Positions 49,095 to 60,189 of a stretch of 64,000 nucleotides of DNA are shown one piece after another (the stretch's first letter is position 1; each line of letters opens with the position of its first letter). The notes below the pieces were generated by a model. That model had not been told where the DNA came from, did no database searches, and saw nothing but the letters and a program-made list of their open reading frames with translations. The translations under genes and the position numbers were made by a program. This stretch comes from Oikopleura dioica (taxonomy: Eukaryota; Animalia; Chordata): NCBI GenBank assembly GCA_907165135.1, contig OU015570.1:124001-188000 (forward strand), given 5' to 3'.

Positions 49095-49541
49095 AACCTA
49101 TTTCTCACGAAGCCGTAAAATCTGAACGGATAAAGATTTTTCAAAATTCAAAAGATTCTGAATTATCAAAGTCATTTCTACTAACACAGCAAAAATGGTT
49201 ATGATTGTCAAAGAGTAACTATCTGAAAATTGCCAGTTTCCTTCAAATGACATTTTCTTCGATATTTCTCATCCAAATTTTTTGAAAATTAGACTGTCTT
49301 GTAGAGAATCGTCAGCTCTACAATTCCTGTTTTTCAGATTTTTGTTTTAAGCTTTCATTAATTTTACATCGCAATTTGTAAAGAGCGCTACTTTTTCTCG
49401 CGCCTCTCCGCTCTCTATTTTCCACGCCACGACCTCACAGCGCTTACTTCAAGGCCGCATATTAAAATCCGAAGATCTTAAAACAAAAATCTGAAAAACA
49501 GGATTTGTAGAGCTGACGATTCTCTACAAGACAGTCTAATT

Positions 49542-50675
49542 GGATTAAGAGAACTTCTCCACGCACTCGCTGGTCGAGCTCTGAAAAGGGCGCGCGAGAG
49601 TAGCGAGGTCGATCAACTGAGGCACACGCAAGTAACGCGGTAGGAGACAAGATTGAAGCTAAGTAGCCCAGTATGAGCAACAAATGTGGGCCAAATCAAC
49701 GATGATAATTTCTAGACCTTATACTTCGAACAAGTTGTTTTTCAATTAAAATCTACTCTAGGGTAACAAATTGCAAGGAATTCAAATCTGAAACTCATTT
49801 TTTGTTTTGAAGTTTATTTTTTGATATTTTTAGTTTGATGGCAGTTCAAAGGTGGAAAAGAAGCAGTGATATTTCTGGTTTTTGCAGTAAGTGGAGTCAT
49901 AATGTCACCAAGTTTAAGGGTAATCTGCAGAGAATTGAGCTTAACAAACTCAGGATCAAGAAGGGTGAGCTGGTAATGAAAGCCTTGGAGAGAAACATGC
50001 TTATCTGTAGCATCCTCAGAACGGGAATTGAATTCACCGCTCAATTCTGCATTGCGAATGCGCTCCTTGACTTTCTTTACCGAGTTACAAACTCTTGCAA
50101 GAGTATTTCTACCAGTTCCCGAAGCAGTTTTCAAAGAATTGTGGTAGCTCTCGATGCAATTATTTGTAAAAGTAGTCTCGTAAGTTGAAAGTTGACAAAA
50201 GAGGTTCCAGCCAGAATAGTTCGCTTGCTTTAAATAAAGCTTTTCAAAATATTCTGTTAAAAATTTTCGAACATTCGGCTGGAGCTTCTTAGGGCATTCC
50301 TTTGGAATCAACTTACGAAACTGCGAAAGTGCAGTTTTAACTAAATCAGGGTTGAGAAAAACGACACCCTTCAGAAAACGATAAAGTTTTTTCAAAAATG
50401 TGCATTTCCAAAAGTTGTTCCAGTTGTATTCTCCGTCATTTGATGACAATGATGAGAGAACTTCCGCGCGCTTTACACCTGGGATCATGCTAATTGCTTA
50501 CCCTCATATCCTACCGCACATAACACCTGGCTAATTTGATAATCCTCATATCCTACCGGGAGTGCCCATCTCCTACCGCGTTACTCGCGTGTGCCTCAGC
50601 TGCTCCACCCTCGCGCCTCTCGTGCGCCCTTTTTAGAACTCGACCAGCGAGTGCGTGGAGAAGTTCTTTTATCCC
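49542..50675 (-). mobile_element. MULE-derived non-autonomous element, about 110-bp TIRs
   Basis: Inverted arms GAACTTCTCCACGCACTCGCTGGTCGAG..; GTCTAATT duplicated at 49534-41 and 50676-83. Confidence 0.85.
49814..50488 (-). pseudogene. Mutator/MULE transposase C-terminal fragment
   Basis: FLTEYFEKLY..W......TNNCIESYHNSLK matches the MULE YF..W..TNNxxESxH motif; upstream catalytic Asp residues absent. Confidence 0.75.
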
Positions 50676-50932
50676 GTCTAATTTTCAAAAAATTTGGATG
50701 AGAAATATCGAAGAAAATGTCATTTGAAGGAAACTGGCAATTTTCAGATAGTTACTCTTTGACAATCATAACCATTTTTGCTGTGTTAGTAGAAATGACT
50801 TTGATAATTCAGAATCTTTTGAATTTTGAAAAATCTTTATCCGTTCAGATTTTACGGCTTCGTGAGAAATAGGTTCTGGCGGAGCGCGGATCGAGCGAGC
50901 AGCGCCGCGCCGATGTATACCATTACCCTTAA

Positions 50933-51685
50933 GGGACGCCGCCGACCGAGCCCCGCGCGCGCTTCTCGCTCTTTTTCACTCTCACTCTTCAGCTGGTTTA
51001 ATTCTTTCGATTATCGTGATTTTCGTACACGAAAATCATATTTTTATGCTCTTTCATCTCCATTTCTTAAAATTTTCATAGCTTATTGCAACGCCGAGTT
51101 AGGGCGAAAACATTGGCGCTCGTTTTCAAGTGTACATAAGTACTCGAATTATTCGGATTGGCACTTCGAGACTGCCCTCATTGAAAAGCCCGTGCGTTCT
51201 TGCATAAGGCCTACTTATTGAGATTTCCCGGAATAGTTTACTTATCCGATTATCGTGGGATAAATGCGGGTTACCTGGAGCGCTCGGCGTGAAACACGGG
51301 CATTTTACACTGTTGGCGCGGGATTCCCGCTGCGCTGGTCAGAACAACCTTTAATTACCGCCTGATTACGAGAGCTGCATTAATTATAATCAAATCTCAA
51401 TAAGTAGGCCTTATGCAAGAAGGCACGGGCTTTTCAATGAAAGCAGTTTCGAAGTGTCAATCCAAATAATTCGAGTACTTATGTACACTTGAAAACGAGC
51501 GCCAATGTTTTCGCCCTAACTCGGCGTTGCAATAAGCTATGAAAATTTTAACAAATAGAGATGAAAGAGCATAAAAATATTAGTTCGTGTACAAAAAATC
51601 ACGATTATCGAAAAAATTAAACGAGCTGAAGAGTGAGAGTGAAAAAGAGCGAGTAGCGCGCGCGGAGCTCGGTCGGCGGGGTCCC
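50933..51685. mobile_element. Kolobok-like foldback MITE inserted at the TTAA ending K2
   Basis: TTAA|GGGAC.CCGCCGACCGAGC...|TTAA; absent at the equivalent site in unit 1 (45981-84). Confidence 0.88.
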
Positions 51686-53084
51686 TTAAGAAAAACTTTT
51701 GATGCCATTTTGGCCCTTTTCTCGCTATAAATTGCTCTCTAGCGCCGATATATGGCCGAAAATCCGAATGCGGTTATCAGATTCTTACTCAGTGCACTCT
51801 AAGCGTTCGAAACACCCCTTACACGTCTATTTTTGATGACATCGAAAAGTCGAAAAAATTGCGATTTTCACGCTAAGTACAAATTACATGCATTTTTACA
51901 ATTTTCGAGGGTCGAAATTTTGGGTAAAGATGCTCGTAAGGGGACATATAATATATCAAAATGATCCTCAGAACACGGGGATTCTAAAAATGCCGCATAG
52001 ACACCCGTCATAAAGACTTGACCAATCGGGGGATCCCTTAACCCGTTGCCGAGCGCTCCGATACATTGGCTTGCCGCTCGCGTAGCATCCGGAATGCTAC
52101 GACTTTGAGCGCATTTTTCTCCCACTTTTACTTTGTCTTTATTCAAAATTTTTACTTGTGCGTATTCACTTAACCCTTGGCTACTAGATTCATACTTTTT
52201 CACAAAGTTTACAAAGTGGTTAAAAACCGAAAATCGATAAAGAATGACGGTTCTTTCAGCAGCGCCATTGTTCAAGTCTAGAGAAAAAGACAATGGCGCG
52301 CCGCAAAACAATAGAAAGGAAGCGCCGCGAGGGCTGACTTCACTTTTTCTTTCCCATTTTCTAGCGGAAAATAACAATATTTTTATAATTTTAAAGTCGA
52401 AGATCTATTAAAAAAAGATTGAAATTTTATAAAATCAAAAAATTTCAGAGAATTCTCAATGTTAACTTTTCCTTAAAAAGCATTGAAAGCGCGCGTAGCA
52501 TTCAGGATGCTACGCGCTCGGCAACGGGTTAAGATGGAAAACCACGGTAACTGGGTAACCTTAACCTATTTTAGTCTGGTCCTTGAAAACCAAGTTTAAC
52601 GTCGAGCAGCACTTGATCTCTGTCTCTGACTGTATCTCTTGGGAGACGTTCCGTTTTATTCAGTCACCAAAATATGTACGTGTTTCTCAATGTACATACG
52701 TTTGATATGAATATATAGTTTATTGTTATCGCGAGCAGGATAAAAATAGTGAGCATTGTTTTGAAAAAGAGTAAGTTTTACAAGTGAACGAGTAATTTCA
52801 AATGACCACAGAGGTGCAGAGCGCAGCGACTTATATACTATTTCTGTGCGTACGAACAGGGCTTGGTCGGCACAAAAGTAACACAGTGCGCGGGGAGAAA
52901 GAGAGTTCCGTAGGGAAATGAATAATCACATGCGTAAAGAAGTTTGTGCACAGAGAGAAAAGGCTATACGTAGGGAGCAAGTTTCTTTGCTGCGGGAGTA
53001 GAGAATTTCGTCCGTGCGGGGGAGTTTGTTTACGCAGGACTTAATGTAACTCCGCGCGCAGCGCGTTTTGCACATTGAGATCCA

Positions 53085-55059
53085 CTATAGTCTGACAAAT
53101 TCGTGTTTGATCATGCCAAGCGCTGAGAAGGCGGTAAGGGGTCGGCTTTCCTCGTCCATAACCAGATGCCAGAAGGCGCTTCTGAAGTCAATTGCTGAAA
53201 AGTACTGGCTTCCGTGAAAGTTCTCCAGGCAGTTAAAGAGGCTAGGAATGGGCCACTCGACGTCAACAAGGATTTTGTTGATCATCCTCAGTTCGACGAC
53301 GATTCGCCAGGACCCATCTTTCTTCCACACCAGAGATATCGGCGAGTTATACGGCGAGCCTTTTCTCTTCCGGATAATCACTCTTTGCTCCAGTTCGGTC
53401 GATTCTCCGGCTAGCCATCAACTCCCACTTTGATTTGAGTCGCACCTGCGGTCTTTTGAATTCCTAAATATCCACATCGCTTTTTGAAAATATATCGTCA
53501 AAGTCCTCCATTAAATTGGCGAAACATGTGTTACTTGCATCGTCTAATTCTTTAATATCGATGAGATGCTTGTCTCTTTTCCTCTACTTGAGTTCATTCG
53601 TCCCTTAATTCGTGTTGTTTATTCCAAGTTGAGAATTGATAAAAGTTATATTCTGATAGGAAATAGCTTATCAACTTATGTTTTTTGTTTACGTACCTTT
53701 TGTCAATGCGAGAGTTGAAATCTTGTTAGCTGACAAAACCATGGCCATTGGCTCTGCCTGCAGTTTCCTCGTTCGAGTTCAATAGTAACTGTACATCCGC
53801 TTTCCAACTCGGCCACTGTACTCATTACTCTGTATTTGATCTCGCGATTCTTCCGATCTTTGACGGTGAAATCGACAATCATGTTTTTGTTGGGATCACC
53901 CGGAAGATCTTCCAAGGCCTTGAGTTGGAATTGAGTGATCCCCTCGCATTTCTTTGCGTCAGAAATTTTGAAACATCTGACCGAGTTTCTTGTGATTATT
54001 GTAATAACCACCTTATTGAAGCTGATAAAATCCTGATTTATAATCAGCTCCGTTCCTCTTAGACAATCCAGTCCGAGTATAAGACCAAGTCCGCTTGTTT
54101 TGAGAATTGATATTCGAACATTTTGTAAGATAAGGCCTCGGTCTCGGCCAGGAACGGTGATGTCCAGGATAACGTCAGCCACTATCTCCATGCATTTTCC
54201 GGAAGCTGATCTTGGTGAAGCTCTTGTCGTAGGAGCAATTGTCCATTTGGCGTTGTCTTTGATTATCGATCATGAGCTCTCGGAGATACAGGTTAAAGAC
54301 GCTCCTGTATCCACTAATCCTTCCAGTTGTGCACGTTTTTGTCCCTGACTCAGTATGCACGTAATTGTCAAGAGGCCTAATCCGATTTTTCGATTTTCGA
54401 TGGCTCTGACCTCTTGAGAGCCTCCTACTTTCAGAAAAACGGGCGAAGGGGCTCTTGCTCTTCTCCGTCTCTGCGTCTCCTTTATTGTGCAAAAGAGACC
54501 GTCCCAGATGGGGTCTTCGGTTTCTTCTCAATCGGGGTCTTCGAGGTCGGTCTCGTCTTTCGACCTTTGGTTTTGGGCACTCTCTTGCGAAGTGTCCTTT
54601 TGCGAAGCAGTTGAAACAAGTGTCTCTCGGCTCACGTCGTCGTGGTCTTCCGATTCTGACTGGACCAAAAGACGGTTCATCAATCATATTTGCTGGCGCC
54701 TTTTCTGTAGCTGCTAATGGGGCCGTCACATTAAAAACGACGCTCCCGCCAGTTGGTTCGAAGGTGTCTGTTGTTGGAGCCAGTTGCACTGAGGTTATAA
54801 CTGCGGATTGAACCATTTCGAATGTCAAGTTTGACTCTTCAAGCTTTGATTCAAAAAGCCGCCTTAGCTCAACGCGGTTACTTTCTCCAGCGCTTGCAAT
54901 CAAGCGAGGATACAGCAGTTTAATTTGAGATAAAGATTCCTCATCCGTACTGGCTGCGAGCTGAGACATGAGCCGTATTTTAGCGAGGAATTGAATTTTG
55001 GCACCGGGTACCAATTTGGTACCGGCACCGTCCGTCTCCCTCTCCTCGCGCACGCTCAC
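53085..55059 (-). pseudogene. Ty3/gypsy remnant copy 2 (gag CCHC, protease, RT N-terminal half)
   Basis: Same motifs as 47374-49094; about 250 bp more gag sequence upstream; in-frame TGA after DTG in both copies. Confidence 0.92.
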
Positions 55060-56356
55060 TCACATTAAAATCGGGAATTCGCTCGCGCTCGCTCACTCAC
55101 GAAAAAGATTAAGATCAAAAAAAATTATGTTAGAGGGTTTATATCTACTGAATATCTTCTTGAAGTTAATATCTTCTGAAGTGAATATGCTCATTTTTGT
55201 TTTTGACATTTGCTCGATAGAAATTTTCTATGACACCTTCTATCGTGGATCTTTTTACGGCGCCTATGACTCATTTAAAAGGAGGAAAGTCAAGGCCACG
55301 TTGCAGGCTCGCCTTTCTCCATTGGATTTGAACTCGCACATCTAGAGAAAGTCTGCGTTGTGCACGCTGGCTTTCCTTTTTTATGAGTCATAGGTAAAGA
55401 AGAGTCATATAATAAAAAAGATCCACGATGGTAGAAAATTTCAGTCAGTCCCATCCTTGCAAGTTGACAAGTTACTCCACAGTGGAGTCTCTTCTGTTTA
55501 ACATATTTCTACCTTTTTTAACCCCACGAGTCCAAGTCGACATTTTTTGTCGAAATCCGGTTTTAATCAGCTGTACTGATCTATCTGTGATCCGGATCGA
55601 GCTGAAAAATTTAATGTGTATTCACACTGGTATTAAGCACCGCTGACCAAAAAAAGAGCGCGCTAATCCCTTTTGGTGGCGCTTGGTACCGGATGTATCA
55701 CTTTCTGCAACAAGGTGAAAGTACGTGCAATAACCTTCCGACAATTATTTCGGATAAAAGAATCGGATTTATTTTGTTCAAAAAGGTACATATAGGTTTT
55801 CAAATTCGTAGAATTCAAATAAGATATTTACAATTAGATAAAATGGAGAAAAGCTAGCCTGGGCTAGGAATCGAAGTGATGACTTCAAGTGGTAAAAGTT
55901 TTAAAAAGGCAGACAGAACAAGTTTAACATAAACTGTAAATCTACAGAATATAAATGCGAGGTGAACTACTGGAAATTCCAGTTTCACTTGGCACAATTC
56001 TCCTTGTCATCATGGATTGATGGACAGTTTGTGATAGTAAGGACCGGTAATACAGGCAGCACAAACGGAAGCATTTTATACATCATACAGACCCAATTAA
56101 TCGTGTTCTACTCATGCTAGAGAAAAACAAAGACCACCATTTGAAAGAGCACGTTTCAATTAGTATAAGTACTAATTTTCAATAAGTTATCTCATCGGGA
56201 AGGCCATTTAGACAAAAAATGTCGACTTAGACTCGTGGGGTTACGCCCTCCAATTGGACTCGTGGGGTTAAGAATTCTGAAAAAAGGGTAAAACCTGAAA
56301 ATGGCAACAAGGGCAACAAAGGCAACATTGGCAACAAAGACGACATGTTGCCCTTG

Positions 56357-56863
56357 GGTTGTAAGCGGTAATGTGGGTATTTATACCAACGTTCAGTGAT
56401 TTCTCGAACGAGGGTATTAATACCCACGTTCGGTTAAATGTCCGAATGCGGGTATAAATACCGACGTTCAATAAATGAAATTTTGTTTGAACGGTGGTAT
56501 ATCAAACAACTTGCTCTAGAAACATAACGTAAAACCTCAAAAAGACAAGTCCAGCGTGGGGGTCCAGGGTGTAGGACAGCCCGGTCAGCAGCCGAAGCTG
56601 GTTCCTCAGTCGGAGACAGTATGAAGTCTTGAAGGATTCTCCAAAAATTTTCAAGTTAGAGCCATAAAATGAACCTTTTTGTACGTCCGCAAATCGGTTT
56701 GTTTCCCGCCTTCATCGAAACATATGAGGCTCTAGAACAGAACTGTTTTCAAAAAGCCTGGAAAATACCCACGTTCGCCAGTAAGTGTGAACGTGGGTAT
56801 TGAATACCCATGTTCGGGGGAACAGTGAACGCGGGTATAATACCCACATGACCGCATACCACC
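56357..56863. mobile_element. GG..CC MITE with 8-bp TSD, nested in a small GGCAAC-repeat element
   Basis: TSD TGCCCTTG at 56349-56 and 56864-71; same family as 25466-26226. Confidence 0.85.
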
Positions 56864-58664
56864 TGCCCTTGTTTCCATTTTCAGGTTTTGAGCACTTGCG
56901 CCAATTAAGAACTGTCAGTTGTTGTCGTTCTTAAAAGCGCGATTCTAGAATTGTTTTTAATGAATTCTCTTGCGTTCTTCATTCGCTCAGTCAGAATTTC
57001 CGATTCAGGAAACACAGCATAGCCGAGCTCTCAACGCACCAATTTCTGTCTGATGTACGTTACATACAGTATGTATTTTGCTCCAAAAAATAAGTTCCCA
57101 TAAACGAGATTTGATCTGTCGACTTTGATGGGCAATGAATATCAATTCCAAGCGAAGTGAGAACTAATAATACAGATAACCTCACTGATTCACGATTTTT
57201 ACGGGTGGCAACAACGATGAATATAAAATTTTGATTGGAGAAAGAATCAGCGATGCTAAGCCTGATGCGGGCCTGATGATCTGGTAAAGAACTCATTTTT
57301 GCAGGAGACCAACTTTCTCTACTCTCCCGCCTCAATCTCTAGCAAGCGTTGTTATTCTTTTTGAAGGGGTGTTGCCCTTGTTGCCCATGTTGCCATTTTC
57401 AGGTTTTTTGGAAAAAAGCTTTTGGTTGAAAACGTTAGACACAATAAACTAAGTGACACTCATTAACATACCTCACCCCCAAGTTTCGCGCATTCCTTGG
57501 TACATTTGCCGTAATTTACTCTTCCTGATTTGTTCAAAACCCCCCAAATTTACGCCGCTTAACTTTTCCGCGCGCCTCAAAATTTCTTCTCCTAACTTTT
57601 CTGCGTGCTTCCAAATTTGCGCTCGCGGCGCTGGTCGGCTTAGTCGGTTAACTTTCTGAGTGCGCAAAAGACTTGTTTTGCCCGCTCCGGGCAAAGAATG
57701 GATGATCTTTTATATAAGGCCTTTAAGCTCTATCTCATGTTATCTTTGATAAAAATATTGTTTATTGTTACAGTGAAGTTTCTAAATATTTAATTGACCG
57801 TTATGCTAGTACGATAGATGAAAACGACTTCTGTGGAGCAACATCCTGGAAACGTAAACTTGGGCGAAATACCACGAATTGCGCGGAAATTTAGGGAGGG
57901 GGTATGTTATTTAATATTTCTCAAATTTTCCTCTTTTAAAAGACATAGACGATACCGCAAGTGACTCATACAATGTTGATGGATCAGAAATACAGCAAGA
58001 ACTTATTCGGCATGTGCCGGATTTTGTTTGGAATGAGGTTTAATATTATTAGTCTTTAAAAGTTATAAATTATATAATTTATAATTATTTTGGTATTTAT
58101 TACATTTTTCTTCCGAATATAACTTTTGAATTGTCCTATGGCTCATCAGCAAGGGTCTTCCTACGGCTCAATTCCGGAAAATGAGGTTTTTAAGTTTAAG
58201 TAAAACTATTTCAGTCATTTTTAAAATTTTTTAAGAAGGTAAATCGTAGAAAAATACAAAAATTTTATTCAAAAGTGTATACAACCTTCAATCTTATCTT
58301 TCTCAAAGAAAAAGTAAGATTTTTAATAAGAAAAACGTCATATCTGGCAAAAAAACAGAAAATTTAAAAATAAGGCGCAGAAAATGTCCAAAAATTTGAT
58401 ACGGGCACTTTTGAAAAGTGCCCAAGAAAACCCCTTATAATAGCAAAATTGTCCAAAAATTTGATGTCCGAAAATTCCATTAAAAACTGTACTAGAGCAG
58501 TGTTTTTATTATTAGACCAAGAAAGAATAATAATTTATCGCAGATAGGATTGCAGGATATATATATATATAAGCAAATGTGGTAGCGCTGTGTGGCGGCG
58601 CCTCAAAGACCGCATTTACCCATTTCGGGCAGCAATCATGCATAAGTTTGTTAAAAACAGAATA

Positions 58665-58955
58665 CCGATGAAAGTAGGGGATTGCCCTGGACTCGAGCCC
58701 GAATAAGCGATACCATGTGTGCGTGTTTCGCTTTTTCATTAAGCGAAGGACCACGCGGAGCCTCCGCGGCGAAGGAACCCGCCAGCTGGAGAAATTCCCT
58801 TTTTCCGAAAAGAAAATCTTCTCACTGAACTCTCGCATCGATATGCAATAAACTTCACATCAAAAATATTAATATTTTTTTAATTTTATTCATAATGAAA
58901 ATTTTTCTAAGAATGATCAATTCAGCCTTTTCCCAGCCTTTGTCAAGCCCCTTAA
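58665..58955 (-). mobile_element. Right-end fragment of the CCGATGAAAG element
   Basis: Reverse complement matches about 4500-4706; also carries the TGTCAAGCCCCTTAAA minisatellite junction. Confidence 0.8.
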
Positions 58956-59654
58956 ATTTTAATCGCTTTTCTGCCATCAAAATTAAAAAAAAAATTTATA
59001 TTCGATGAATGAAAATGAGATTGTTGGGCCAAATCGTGACCCTTATGTTCCTTACGTTTCTATTATTTATTTTTTTATACTTGAAAATTTTTTCTCTTAA
59101 CATTTTTGACGATTTTCGATAAGGATTTCTGAGTGAAATTTTTACCCCCTTTTTTATTGGCTCATTCGAAAGAGCGTAAAAAGTTACGCTAGAAAAACCG
59201 AAAAAATCTTGAAAATTTCGAAATAATGACGTCATCGCACGTGATTGAAGTCCCAAAAGTACCGAATCGCTCCTACGCCCGCATTTCCACGTGCTCTGAG
59301 CTAGAGGGGCATGCGATACATGAAAATGATCGTCTCCTCGAGCTCTAGGTCAGCATCTACTTTTCAACCCCTTTCATCCCTTTTTTCAACCCTTTTCTTT
59401 CGAAATTGAAATTTTTCAATAAAATCATCGCCTTATGGTAGTTTTTGGCGTAGATTAAGAAAATGACATCAAAAACTCTTTTTAATCCCTTTTTTATCGC
59501 TTTTTCAACCTTTTTTTACCGCAGATAAAGAAAATTTCAAATTTATGAAAAGTTAAGGCCGCCGCAATTTAATCATATGTCCTTCTGTTTTTAACCTTCT
59601 TTTTCTTTTTAAATCCTTTTTTTAACCTTTGTCAACCTTTTAACCTTTGTTTAA

Positions 59655-60075
59655 CCCTCTGCGTGACGATCAAAACTACCCCTATGCGTGACGCGGGTGC
59701 ATTCAGTGCACCCGGCCCATCTAGAACAATTTTTTGCTCTTTTTTGCCATTTTTCGACGAAAAACAGCCCAAATTCGCTGTTGTTATTGTCTCCGAGACC
59801 GGAATACCCCCTTCTCCGGCGGCGAAAGGGGCTCGAAGTTACGTAACTTGCATCAAAATAGCTGTTCTCGAGACGAAAAATAGCAAAATTACGACATTTT
59901 TACGTTTTTAGCTTACTAAATAAGATTTTTTCAAAATGTTACGAAGCAGGTTGGACGTGTTTTTTGACGTAGATTCTTATTCTTTTTAAATTTTTGAATT
60001 CAGGCGAAAATTGAGAGAGAAATTGACAGAAAACCTTGAGCGGGTGCACTGAGTGCACCCGCGTCACGCATAGGG
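59655..60075. mobile_element. piggyBac-like MITE inside the transposon
   Basis: TTAA|CCC(T)..GCGTGACG...CGTCACGCATAGGG|TTAA; left end doubled. Confidence 0.85.
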
Positions 60076-60189
60076 TTAATTGCACAAAATTATAAAATTG
60101 CGCAAATTATAAAATTGCGCAAAATTACAGACTTGCGCAAAGTTTTCAATTGCGCAAATTTATCCTCGTAATGATGACTTGTATTTATT

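Larger units (their letters stand above)
49095..50928. mobile_element. K2: copy of MITE K1 lacking its left tip and split by a MULE-derived insertion
   Basis: Matches 45291-45980 after removing 49542-50683. Confidence 0.88.
45291..54803. repeat. Tandem duplication: unit 1 45291-49094, unit 2 49095-54803 (with two extra insertions)
   Basis: Shared sequence differs, as far as seen, only in homopolymer lengths. Confidence 0.9.

Noticed and set aside
57818-58039. Small plus-strand spliced gene
   Set aside because: Donor and acceptor look plausible, but the join gives an immediate stop unless a base is added; no homology recognised
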